A stretch of DNA of 64,000 nucleotides from Candidatus Acidiferrales bacterium. Lineage in GTDB: Bacteria > Acidobacteriota > Terriglobia > Acidiferrales > UBA7541. The stretch spans positions 3,142 through 67,141 of the forward strand of contig JBOGMU010000141.1 of assembly GCA_050746865.1 (NCBI GenBank), given 5' to 3'. Below are positions 28,345 through 37,578 of this stretch, in pieces (positions within the stretch are counted from its first letter, which is position 1; each line of letters starts with the position of its first letter). The position numbers were made by a program, and so were the translations under genes. The notes beneath the pieces are model-generated. The model was not told the origin of the DNA. It worked only from the letters and a program-made list of their open reading frames with translations, and did no database searches.

Positions 28345-29293
28345 GTGCGGGCCTGCGCACGGCGCCAAACTCGAGCAGCAAACTTCCAGCAACTAGTAAT
28401 GCAGCGGATCCGGCGAGGATCACGGATAGCCCATCCGAAGTTCGGTGAAGATCCATATACTTGAACGCGAGCTGCCCCCAGTTGTTCAGGCAGCCATGTG
28501 CCAGCGAAACGACGATCAGGCTCTCCGTCTTCAACCACAACCAGCCGATGGCCAGACCAGAGGCGAAAATGCCGATGGGTAGAACTGCCGCCGCCTTCGC
28601 GGCTGATATGCCCTCAAGGTGCTGGATTCCCGAAAGCGCATAAGGAATGTGCCAAATGGCCCAAATGACGGACGTCGCGATAACCGCACCACGAGCGCCG
28701 AGTCGCGGCACAAGTCGCGGCAGCAGCCATGCCCGCCAACCGATTTCTTCAAAGAACGCCAGAACCGAAACGACGGCCGCTCCCACGATCGCATTGATCG
28801 CAACGTGTGTCGCAAGGCCTGGCGCCGTCAGCACGCCCCAACCGCGCGATTCGGGTGTGTGGTAAAGGCCATCCGCCGCGCGCGAAAGCCAACCTTGCCA
28901 GGGCAACTCGCCTTCGAGATGCATCGCCCACGGCAACATCGCCGCGTGCATGACTAACGGCATGAAAAAAAGCGCAAACAGCCAGTACGGGAACGAAGAT
29001 CCACGACCGATGCGGCATGAGATGAACTCGCCGGTAATCGTGCTTACGATCAGAACGGCGATTGCGGGCAGAAACATGCTCAGATAACCCAAGCCGATGA
29101 GCTTGCTCTGGTAACCACCTGTGAATCCGACGATTAGGCTTAGAAGAATGGAAAACGAGTACGCGATCAGGACATAGAGAATAACCGCTTCGAGAGCTGC
29201 GGGAGACTTTCGGGAGGGGCCAGCCAACGATTCGCCCGGTCGGGCGGATTCACCATTTCCCATGGCAGTCCGCGATTGATCGGGGATGCTCAA
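28325..29293 (-). CDS. CPBP-family intramembrane glutamic endopeptidase (CAAX protease-like)
   Basis: EEIGWR (EExxxR), WAIWH (FxxxH-type) and HGCLN motifs in a multi-TM protein. Confidence 0.85.
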   Translation of the reverse strand: MSIPDQSRTAMGNGESARPGESLAGPSRKSPAALEAVILYVLIAYSFSILLSLIVGFTGGYQSKLIGLGYLSMFLPAIAVLIVSTITGEFISCRIGRGSSFPYWLFALFFMPLVMHAAMLPWAMHLEGELPWQGWLSRAADGLYHTPESRGWGVLTAPGLATHVAINAIVGAAVVSVLAFFEEIGWRAWLLPRLVPRLGARGAVIATSVIWAIWHIPYALSGIQHLEGISAAKAAAVLPIGIFASGLAIGWLWLKTESLIVVSLAHGCLNNWGQLAFKYMDLHRTSDGLSVILAGSAALLVAGSLLLEFGAVRRPALTASNF

Positions 29294-29324
29294 TCAATTT
29301 TCTCTCCCCAACTGCTGGACGGAC

Positions 29325-29651
29325 TTATTTCTTGCGCTTCTTGGATCCCTCGTTGTCGGTGGAACTTTTTGTTTCGCTGGATTTTGTTTCGCTGCTCTTC
29401 GAGTCGTCTGACTTCTTGCCGCCCTCGGCCGATGCGCCTTCCGACGCTTCGCCGCTGTTCTTTGCCGCGTTCTTGCCCGCGTAATCCGTCACGTACCAGC
29501 CGGTGCCTTTGAATTGAATCGCGGGAGCGGCGAGCAAACGCTCGGCTGTAGCGCCACACTTCGGGCACTTCTTCGTAATGGAAGAGTTTACGCTCTCGAT
29601 CTTCTCGAAGCGGTGCCCGCACTTGCGGCACTTATATTCATAGAGCGGCAA
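29325..29651 (-). CDS. FmdB-family zinc-ribbon protein with Lys/Ser/Glu-rich tail
   Basis: MPLYEYKCRKCGHRFE...CPKCG gives paired CxxC motifs. Confidence 0.85.
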   Translation of the reverse strand: MPLYEYKCRKCGHRFEKIESVNSSITKKCPKCGATAERLLAAPAIQFKGTGWYVTDYAGKNAAKNSGEASEGASAEGGKKSDDSKSSETKSSETKSSTDNEGSKKRKK

Positions 29652-29744
29652 TGGAGCGCGCCTCCTTCATCAGTATGCAAGGAAAATACTGCGACAAGAA
29701 AATTTTAGCATGGCCGCCCAGTCCCTGAACAATCTTGCCAGCAT

Positions 29745-30257
29745 TCAGCTGCCTCCGACGCGAGCACGGGCCTTTTCGCCGTGCTTGCCGGATTCGACCA
29801 AAGCGCGGAACACCCTTCCGCGACCAATCACAATATCGCCCGATGTGGCTTCAACGTCGAAGACGAGGAACCTGCCCTGATAACCCGATAGCCGCGCGCG
29901 GGCGCGCACGGTCGCGCCGTCCGGCACAGCTTTCAGGTGATCGACCTCGATTCGCGTGCCGACGCTGATCGTGCCCGGCGGCAGTTCGTCAAGGATCGCT
30001 CGCGTAGACGCGTGCTCCATCAACTGGATCATACGCGGAGTAGAAAGCACAGGCGGAAGGCGCGCATCGATCGCTTGGATCGTCCATTCATGGGGAATGA
30101 CGGCTTCGACGGTATATTCGAGACCGATGCGCGGGAGCGGAGCTCCGTCCGGCGCGGCAGGGTCAGCCGCGGATTTCGCCAGTGTAGGCCGAACCTGCGA
30201 CTTCCCCGCTTTTTTCTTCGAAAGAGATCGTCTGGAAGGCTTCGCGGTACGCGTCAT
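29745..30257 (-). CDS. hotdog-fold thioesterase (FlK-like family)
   Basis: TPRMIQLMEHA...VGTRIEVDHLKAVPDG...GRFLVFDVEA is typical of this thioesterase fold. ATG 30257 lies 2 nt after the upstream gene's stop. Confidence 0.75.
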   Translation of the reverse strand: MTRTAKPSRRSLSKKKAGKSQVRPTLAKSAADPAAPDGAPLPRIGLEYTVEAVIPHEWTIQAIDARLPPVLSTPRMIQLMEHASTRAILDELPPGTISVGTRIEVDHLKAVPDGATVRARARLSGYQGRFLVFDVEATSGDIVIGRGRVFRALVESGKHGEKARARVGGS

Positions 30258-30259
30258 GT

Positions 30260-31456
30260 TCAGGATTCGCGATTGGGAGCGGCGCCGGAAGTGGCCATTC
30301 GGCGGGGATCGAGAAAGCTGCGTGTGAATTCCGCCACCGTGATGCCGAGCTGGTTCCACAGGCGACGCTTCAGAGTGCGGTAGTCCTGCGAGCCACTGAA
30401 CACGTCGCGAATCAACGCGCGGAATGCGGGCGAATAATTTACAAATTGCACGAGACGCGTGGTGATCGCACCGCCGAGGAAATTTCCCTGAAAAAGCTTA
30501 CGCGTGAGGTGCGCGGCAAATTCAAGATCCGCCGAGAACGCCCCGCGCAGCCGCTCCGGATAGGTATGCAACTGGCCATCGGCTAACGTCTGGGCGAGCA
30601 AGTCACCAGAGCGCAGCGCGTAATACAGGCCTTCGCCGGTGACGGGGTCGACACATGCTGCGGCATCGCCCGCCATGGCCCAATTTTCGCCGCAGATTCG
30701 CCTTCCGCGAATCGTTTGCGCTTCGGGCGAAGGCAGCACATGGCTATAAAAGCGCGCGCCTTCCATCGGAATCTTTTCCTCGCGTACGAAATGATCGAGG
30801 TGATTGCGCAGAATCTGGCTCGATGCTTGTCCCATTTTTGCGCAGATTCCGACCGACAAATGATCAACACGCGGAAACGACCAGATATAGCCCTCGAATT
30901 TCGTCAGAAATTTCACCTTGATGCGGTGATCTTCGACTGGAACGAAGTAGCCCTGGGTGACCTCAAGGTCGCGCGGCTGAAGCGGCGTCGTCTCTGGGAA
31001 AAGTTGATTGCGCGCACCCGCCGCGAGCACAGCGAAATCCGCCTCGTGCTGTTCGCCTGCGACAGTAAAGCGAACGCCGCGCCGCTTCGTATCCACACTT
31101 GTGACGCGTGCGGCGATCGCTTTGCATCCAGCGGCAACTGCCCGATCGAGAAGCAATCCGTTCAAAACTTTGCGCGAGTAGATCACAATCGGATGGCTCA
31201 TCTGAAAAAGCGCGCGATGCCCGCGGCTGGAAATGAGCTCCGCTGTGCGAACAATTTTCTTTGGATACGGCGCGTCGAGCAGGAAGGGATATGCTTGAAT
31301 GGCTTTATGCGTGAGGCCGCCGCCGCAGGGTTTTTCCCATGCGAGGCGCTCATCGTAAATGGTTACGCGGAAGCCGGCCGTGGCAAGGCGCTCTCCGCAA
31401 AGAGCACCGGCGGGACCGCCTCCAACGATTGCGATACGTTCCACGGGCCGTGTCAA
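30260..31456 (-). CDS. geranylgeranyl-reductase-family NAD(P)/FAD-dependent oxidoreductase
   Basis: IAIVGGGPAGALCGERLA dinucleotide fold, KPCGGGL, and a GDAAACVDPVTGEG FAD motif. Confidence 0.85.
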   Translation of the reverse strand: MTRPVERIAIVGGGPAGALCGERLATAGFRVTIYDERLAWEKPCGGGLTHKAIQAYPFLLDAPYPKKIVRTAELISSRGHRALFQMSHPIVIYSRKVLNGLLLDRAVAAGCKAIAARVTSVDTKRRGVRFTVAGEQHEADFAVLAAGARNQLFPETTPLQPRDLEVTQGYFVPVEDHRIKVKFLTKFEGYIWSFPRVDHLSVGICAKMGQASSQILRNHLDHFVREEKIPMEGARFYSHVLPSPEAQTIRGRRICGENWAMAGDAAACVDPVTGEGLYYALRSGDLLAQTLADGQLHTYPERLRGAFSADLEFAAHLTRKLFQGNFLGGAITTRLVQFVNYSPAFRALIRDVFSGSQDYRTLKRRLWNQLGITVAEFTRSFLDPRRMATSGAAPNRES

Positions 31457-33036
31457 GTGATTGGAAAAACCGCCGCCACAAACCAGGCGGTGAGTATAGC
31501 ACCAAAGACGACCGCAACCGCGAGGGAGCCTGTTCGTCGGCGTAACGCATCGGAGACAAGCCCCTGGGCAGCCGAAAATAGGCCGAATTGCACGACGAGT
31601 ATCGGCAATAGGATTTGTCCGCTAGCAAGAACGAAGAATGCCACGACGCACGCCAGCCAGATTTCGAAGCGCAACCCAAGAAAGACGCCGAATCGCGCGA
31701 GCCTCGCTTTGCCTGATCCGACAGGGCCCAGAGCCGCCTGCTCCGCGAACAGGAAAATGCACGCAAACGGCAGCAGTTCCGCGAAGCGCACCCATCGCGG
31801 CGCGTTGAGCCAGAGATCGGCGATCTCCCAGTTGAACCAGGCGCCAAACGCGAGCAGACACGCGAACGCCAGCGCCCCTGCTGCGACTAACGGTAGAATG
31901 CGCGCCGAGAGGCCCGTACGTGCAGCGGCCCGATTGAAAAGCAGCAGGACAACAGCCATAACAAGCGCTTCTGAAGCGAGATAATCGCCGGCGTAGAGAT
32001 GAATAAAGCCCAGCAGATTCACTTTCATTAACAAGAGTACGCCAAACATTGCGCCAATCATGCCCTCGCCCAGAAGAATCCATCGGTTCGGGGCGGCTGG
32101 CTCCGCGGGTTCGGGCGCTTCACCGCCTGCTTTGCCTGCGATTGCGATGCACAGCGGAAGCATGATCGCGATCCCAATCAAGCCAAACACGGCTCCTGCC
32201 AGACGCATGCGCCCACGGCCAAATGTGCTGTAGGTGCCGAGGTCGAGATTCAGCGCGAGCGTTTTTGGATCGGCTTGTGGGAGTAGCGCCTGCGTGGCCC
32301 ACAATTCCGCGCGATGCGCGACCGCACGATCATTAAGCATGCTGGTGTGAGTAGCGAGCGGTACTTCGACGAGATCGAACGCACGCTGCTGCACAAAGTC
32401 TTGCTGACTCGTGCGATCGCCACCGGCCGCCTTCTGCAATGCCGCAGCCTGATCTTTCAATTGCCACACGTCAAATTGCGCGCTGAAAACGAGCAGGTTC
32501 GCAGGCATTCGGCGAGGCATGACCATCGGCGCAGGCGAAATGGCGATCGTGGCGGCCACCGGAATTTTGTCCGCCATGCGAGCGGCGATTTCGCCGCCCA
32601 TCGAATGCCCGAGCAGGATCGTCTTGGCGGGGTCGAGCGAATCGTCGCGGATAAGGGCTGCGACAGCTTGTGCGGCGCAGTCCTCCGCCCGCGCGAAGGA
32701 AAATGGCTGTGTGTTGTCGCCGTGCCCCGGAAGATCCGGCAAATATGCGCGGATGCCGTGTCCGGCAAAATCCTGGCCAAGATAGAACATGATCCGGCGA
32801 TTCGCGGACAGGCCGTGCAGGATAATCACGGAACCTGCCGGCTTGATATTCGATGGAGGGCTGAGGACTGTGATAGGCAAGCGGCAACTGCCCGCTTGTA
32901 GGACGATCTCCCGGCGCGGCAATTCGCCTTGGTGAATCCAATGCGCGCCGACCGCCAGAAGAATGGCTCCGGCAATCGCTAGCCACACTCGCCAGTTCTT
33001 CATACGACTTCGCCGCAGATGCTGAAAGCGCGGCAT
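31453..33036 (-). CDS. alpha/beta hydrolase fused to a C-terminal polytopic membrane domain
   Basis: There is an N-terminal TM anchor and a hydrolase core with ILHGLSANR and the GHSMGG nucleophile elbow. The C-terminal 240 aa or so form 7-8 hydrophobic helices. Its stop overlaps the reductase start by 4 nt. Confidence 0.8.
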   Translation of the reverse strand: MPRFQHLRRSRMKNWRVWLAIAGAILLAVGAHWIHQGELPRREIVLQAGSCRLPITVLSPPSNIKPAGSVIILHGLSANRRIMFYLGQDFAGHGIRAYLPDLPGHGDNTQPFSFARAEDCAAQAVAALIRDDSLDPAKTILLGHSMGGEIAARMADKIPVAATIAISPAPMVMPRRMPANLLVFSAQFDVWQLKDQAAALQKAAGGDRTSQQDFVQQRAFDLVEVPLATHTSMLNDRAVAHRAELWATQALLPQADPKTLALNLDLGTYSTFGRGRMRLAGAVFGLIGIAIMLPLCIAIAGKAGGEAPEPAEPAAPNRWILLGEGMIGAMFGVLLLMKVNLLGFIHLYAGDYLASEALVMAVVLLLFNRAAARTGLSARILPLVAAGALAFACLLAFGAWFNWEIADLWLNAPRWVRFAELLPFACIFLFAEQAALGPVGSGKARLARFGVFLGLRFEIWLACVVAFFVLASGQILLPILVVQFGLFSAAQGLVSDALRRRTGSLAVAVVFGAILTAWFVAAVFPIT

Positions 33037-33101
33037 CCAGTTGGGTGATTTCGCTCTCGCGACATCGGCTGCGCGGCGGATGATACCACAGTGGATTTAT
33101 G

Positions 33102-35144
33102 TTATGGCTGCGGCAGATCCATTAGAACGACATCGGAGCGGGCTTCTGCACGTTCGAGGACCACTTGGCCGCCATCGGGTGAAACATCAAAATCGCGAAC
33201 GTCAAAATCAGCAGGAAGAGTGGTTAACTGTCGAGCAGCCCCGGTTTGCAGGTCAATGAGCCAAAGATTCTTGTGCTGAATCTCACCTTGTAGGACGAGC
33301 AACTCGTTCCCTCCATTCAGAAAAGCCAAGTGCCGGGCGCCGCGCGTCAGCGTCAGTTCCGCGGGCAAGTGGCGCGCTGCGGCATCCGCCGTCGCAGCCT
33401 TCACAGAAAACTTGGTGCCAATGTCCGCGCCGGAATATAAAAGGTAACTGCCGTTCGGCGCCCATGCCGGATCGACCGAGTATTCGGAAACGAAACCTGC
33501 TGATGAGCTTCCGTCAATCGGAATACGAATAAGATGCGGAACGCCGCGGTCTTCTGCCGCAGAAGTGATCCACTTGCCATCTGGCGACCATGCAGGCGAG
33601 CCCTGCAGCTTGAGAGAGCTTGTGACAATTCGCGCTTCGCTACCGTCATCTTTCATCGTATAGAGCAGCGCCTGCCCGCCTCGTTCCACTGAAAAGGCGA
33701 CATTCTTGCCGTCCGACGAAACTGCAGGGCCGCCGAAAACCCGCGCTCCTGGGCCATTCCACAATTCCGTACCGCTCCCGTCCGAGATTTTCCAGATGCT
33801 TTCGCCTGTGTTCGTGGCAGACAGATAAAGCAAATAGTCCGGGCCAAAGCGCGGAACGGAACCTGTGCTGGTTGTCAGCGGAATTTGCGTCGGGACTGCC
33901 AGGACGCGTGGATCACCTAACTTCAATCGCCAAAGTGTGCTCTTTGGATTTGCAAGCGTCAGGACCAGCCGCTGATGATCGGCGCTGGCCGCAAGCGACG
34001 TATAGCGATCAAGACCGGACGTGAGCTGATGGGAAATGCGCCGGTTCAAGTCCATACTGTAGAGCCAGGGCCCGGACCCATCCGCGCCGGCGGCAAGGTA
34101 TATCAGAGAGTGTTTATCTAACAGAACCGGATAACCGACGTACGCGTTATGCGAAGTGACGCGCTCTGGCCTGCCACCGGCTGCAGGAACGCGCCAGATA
34201 TCGAAATTATCTGGCAAAGCGCCCTGGACGACGTATATAAGGGCTCCATCAAGCGACCACAGAGGAAAGTGCGAGTGCAGACCGGTGGGCGCGGTGAAAA
34301 TAAGCTTCCCTTGCGACGCCAGATTGGCATCTGCCACGAAAAGTGGATCCCCCGCCCCCGGCGTGTGATATGCGATGCGGGAGCCATCAGGTGACCAATC
34401 GAGTTCTGCTGCACCCTCCAGATAGATTCTCGGTTCTCCACCCAACGTCGGCACAGCCCAGATACTGATGCCGTTATTGCGGGCCTGCCCCTGTTGGCGT
34501 CCCCAAAACAACACGAGAGAACCGTCCGGCGAAAAAATCAGAGAGCGAAGGGCGGGGTTGGCAAGTTCCGGCGCGCTGCCATGAGTGAGATTGTGGAACT
34601 CGCCTGAGCCTACCTGCGTGATCCAGACGTCCATCTTGCCGCTGCGATCCGACTGGAACGCTACGAATTTTCCATCCCGCGAAATCGCGGCCGCTTCGGC
34701 TACGCCGTCAAAATCCGTAATCCTCTGAAATCGCGCATTTGCGATTGGACTCCGCCAGGAGTATTCCCGCGTTCCCAGCCAGAGAATCGCACCGATCGCC
34801 AAAACCGCTAGCAAGCCGATGGCTACCAGAGCGCTCCGGCCAAAACGGGGCACGTTCGCGGCGCACGTTTGCTCCATAGGCTCTGCAGCCGAGCCATTTT
34901 CGCCGTTCTCGCGACTCGTTCGGACCGCGCGGCTGCGAGTCCACGCATCCAGTTCCGCCCGAAACGCGTAGACGGAGCCCATCCTGTCGTGTAGGTGGCG
35001 GCGGACAGGCATTCCCTCCCGCTTCTCCCAACGCTGAACCGTAGTGACATCCCGACGAAGATACTCCGCGATCTCCTTCCAAGACTCGAGGCGGTCTTCA
35101 GACGACTTCTCGGGCTGGCGGATAAGAGGGGAGGACTCGCCCAT
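33102..35144 (-). CDS. HTH domain - TM - TolB/PD40-type beta-propeller protein
   Basis: N-terminal SWKEIAEYLRRDVTTVQRWEKREGMPVRR (HTH), one TM helix, then many SPDG/SSDG/SPDGK repeats. Confidence 0.85.
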   Translation of the reverse strand: MGESSPLIRQPEKSSEDRLESWKEIAEYLRRDVTTVQRWEKREGMPVRRHLHDRMGSVYAFRAELDAWTRSRAVRTSRENGENGSAAEPMEQTCAANVPRFGRSALVAIGLLAVLAIGAILWLGTREYSWRSPIANARFQRITDFDGVAEAAAISRDGKFVAFQSDRSGKMDVWITQVGSGEFHNLTHGSAPELANPALRSLIFSPDGSLVLFWGRQQGQARNNGISIWAVPTLGGEPRIYLEGAAELDWSPDGSRIAYHTPGAGDPLFVADANLASQGKLIFTAPTGLHSHFPLWSLDGALIYVVQGALPDNFDIWRVPAAGGRPERVTSHNAYVGYPVLLDKHSLIYLAAGADGSGPWLYSMDLNRRISHQLTSGLDRYTSLAASADHQRLVLTLANPKSTLWRLKLGDPRVLAVPTQIPLTTSTGSVPRFGPDYLLYLSATNTGESIWKISDGSGTELWNGPGARVFGGPAVSSDGKNVAFSVERGGQALLYTMKDDGSEARIVTSSLKLQGSPAWSPDGKWITSAAEDRGVPHLIRIPIDGSSSAGFVSEYSVDPAWAPNGSYLLYSGADIGTKFSVKAATADAAARHLPAELTLTRGARHLAFLNGGNELLVLQGEIQHKNLWLIDLQTGAARQLTTLPADFDVRDFDVSPDGGQVVLERAEARSDVVLMDLPQP

Positions 35145-35580
35145 GGATGATCTCCTGGGTACCTGAACGTTGTAGGCGGCATTGTAGTCCCCCAGTCGAC
35201 CCGCTGCAAAGGACGGTATTCCGCGGCAAGTAACGTATTCAGCTCCTTGCCGTTTGACTAGCTACCTCAGAACGGAGACTTTGTTCGTCAGTAATACACG
35301 CCGCTATTGACATGCGCTCCGACTCGCAATTCGACGGTGTCTACAACAGCTCCAAAGGGCACATGATCTTGGCCTTCTTTGACGAACGCACCATTGCCGA
35401 GGCAGCCAATAGAGGATATGGCGTCACCTGTTCGCGGCAAGTACTTCAGTTGGCACTGCGCAAGTAGCGAGGTCGTTGCATGGCTCACCGCGACTCACCA
35501 CCTCAAACAGAGGTCCAACTCAGCAAGACCGACGAAAGCATTCGGAGCCTCACAAAGCGTAAGAAAGAAAGGGAGTCACA

Positions 35581-36204
35581 ATGAAGAAAAACACTCGCGT
35601 TTATCTGGTATCGGCGGCTTCGGTTATAGCGCTATTGCTGGCGGGATTCTCTCGCGTCGGTGCGCAGCCGCAACCGGTGCCACAATATCTCGCCGGCACG
35701 ATCAGCGACTACACGACGCAGACGGGCGGTGGGCCATGGGAAGTTCGCGGCACATGGTCTCTGACGCTCAGCCGGTTTGGCCACAGTGCCGATTTCTCAG
35801 CGGCGATAAACATGACGCACGATGATTACTGGATCACGCAAAATCCATCGGCCGTGAATGACAACACTGCAAGCGGACGCCATCCTCACACACATCACAT
35901 CATCCTGAAAGATGCCGCCGTCGCGGACAACGTGAACGGCTGTCTTCTAGAGGTCAGCGGCAAAGCCGTTGTCACCGCTGATGGCGCATTTCCGCCCTTT
36001 GACCCAACGGGGAGCAATCCGTCGCCTCTAGTCGTTTGCGTTACGGGAGGCTCAACCGTCGCGTTTTCAAACGTGACGCTGACATTCTCGGCCCCTGCCT
36101 CAAGCCATTTCGGACCGCAAGCGATACATGGCGTGGTTCGCAAGACGGCACCCGAGGCCGACCATGACGATCACGATGGCGGAGATCACGGCGGGCACTA
36201 CTGA
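35581..36204 (+). CDS. hypothetical secreted protein with His/Asp-rich C-terminal tail
   Basis: Signal peptide MKKNTRVYLVSAASVIALLLAGFSRVGAQ, preceded by an AAAGGGAG RBS. The tail reads EADHDDHDGGDHGGHY. Confidence 0.65.
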   Translation: MKKNTRVYLVSAASVIALLLAGFSRVGAQPQPVPQYLAGTISDYTTQTGGGPWEVRGTWSLTLSRFGHSADFSAAINMTHDDYWITQNPSAVNDNTASGRHPHTHHIILKDAAVADNVNGCLLEVSGKAVVTADGAFPPFDPTGSNPSPLVVCVTGGSTVAFSNVTLTFSAPASSHFGPQAIHGVVRKTAPEADHDDHDGGDHGGHY

Positions 36205-36241
36205 GAGGTTGTCGACGATTCGCTCCTGCTTACTGCTCCGG

Positions 36242-36270
36242 AAAAAAAAGGGCCGCTGGAGATGCGGCCC
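36242..36270 (-). terminator. intrinsic terminator for the TIM-barrel gene
   Basis: On the minus strand the sequence is GGGCCGC-atctcca-GCGGCCC followed by 8 T. It lies 32 nt past the stop at 36302. Confidence 0.8.
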
Positions 36271-36301
36271 TCATACTGGCAAGATGTGAATCGATTTGGT
36301 G

Positions 36302-37444
36302 TCAGGATTCGATCGCATTCTTTGCGTAGGCGAGGCACTTCGCGATTTCCTCGACAGGCGTGCCGGAAGCGCGGCACTCGTATTCGTATTCGATGTCCGC
36401 AGGGAACGGATACTTTTCAGTCTTGAGCAACTGCAACACGGGCTTGATCGGCGTATCGCCCTGGCCCCACGGGTAGTTGTTGACGCTGATGTTCGTGCGG
36501 ATGGCGTGGAAATCGCTGCTCTTCTTGCGATCTTTCAGATGCAGATTCGTGATCTTCGCGTGATTCTGCTTGATGTAGGACACGGCGTCGAAGCCGGCAG
36601 CCGTGAAGTGGCCGATATCCAGATTCACGCCGATATATGGGCCGAAAGACATAATTTCGGCAAACGTCTCCGGCCTGGCAAACTGGATTGGGTCTTGCAC
36701 GTCGTCATGGCCGTGCCCGCCCCACATCATCTTGTACTTAGTCGCAAATGGCGCGACGCGCTTGGCCACGGGCACAGTTGAAGTGGACGAAATCGCCTGC
36801 ACGCCCAGGTCCCTTGCCATACGGAAAGCATAGTCAATCTCATCGTCCGTGATGTTTGCTCCCATGTTGTAGCAGAGGATGCGGAGGTCGATGCCCGCAT
36901 CGTCAAATTGCTTGCGGACGCCCTTCCACGTAGCCGCGGTTGACGAGGCGCGCCAATCGGTCATTTTTTCCTGTGCATCCTGCCTTGCGGCCTGTTGTTC
37001 AGGCGTCATATTGCGGCCCCTGCCGCCGCCCTGTCCACCGCGGGCAGGCTGTGCAGGCACGGCACCGCCGCCTTCCGGCGTGATTACCATCTGCATATTT
37101 TCGCAGCGCGGCAGTAGACCGTCCGGACCAGGCTTTTGCGGCTCTTGTTGTCCGCGCCCACCGCCGCCAAAGCCGAAGCCAGCGGACGCAGCGCCAGCCA
37201 GCGACTCGGCGTGATTGGACATCAACTCGCAATTGCTCAAGCCGATCTTCACCATCGAAGGAATGATTTCGCTCGCCTGCATTCCGGCGAAGCTATAAGT
37301 GATCACACCGATATGAACGCCATCGAAATTCGAATTCGGCTTCCCTTGCGCAAACAGGTTCCTTCCCGACAAAGCGAATGCCGCCAGAGGCAGACCCGCT
37401 ACTGCAAATCTTCCGAAGTCCCTTCTTGTAATACCATTGCTCAT
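36302..37444 (-). CDS. Tat-exported sugar phosphate isomerase/epimerase (xylose-isomerase-like TIM barrel) with low-complexity insertion
   Basis: Twin-arginine signal MSNGITRRDFGRFAVAGLPLAAFA. TIM-barrel segments flank a Gly/Gln/Pro-rich stretch of about 80 aa. Confidence 0.8.
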   Translation of the reverse strand: MSNGITRRDFGRFAVAGLPLAAFALSGRNLFAQGKPNSNFDGVHIGVITYSFAGMQASEIIPSMVKIGLSNCELMSNHAESLAGAASAGFGFGGGGRGQQEPQKPGPDGLLPRCENMQMVITPEGGGAVPAQPARGGQGGGRGRNMTPEQQAARQDAQEKMTDWRASSTAATWKGVRKQFDDAGIDLRILCYNMGANITDDEIDYAFRMARDLGVQAISSTSTVPVAKRVAPFATKYKMMWGGHGHDDVQDPIQFARPETFAEIMSFGPYIGVNLDIGHFTAAGFDAVSYIKQNHAKITNLHLKDRKKSSDFHAIRTNISVNNYPWGQGDTPIKPVLQLLKTEKYPFPADIEYEYECRASGTPVEEIAKCLAYAKNAIES

Positions 37445-37578
37445 CAGAAAGCTCCTTTAGGCCCCCTCGCTGCCGGAGCCAATGATTGGCGCACTATATC
37501 AACACGCTGTTCGCGTATTCAAGCAAAGTATCGCCTGATAGAATCGAGATGCGCATCGTTTTCCGCTACTGCATAGGA

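Noticed and set aside
30716-31984. 422-aa ORF on the plus strand
   Set aside because: It is antisense to the geranylgeranyl-reductase-like and hydrolase genes. Its composition is implausible (Arg/Ala/Asn runs) and it has no motifs.
35288-35488. 66-aa minus-strand ORF in the spacer between the HTH-propeller gene and the secreted His-rich protein gene
   Set aside because: It has no clear RBS and no motifs, and it overlaps a plus-strand ORF of similar quality. The support is insufficient to call it.
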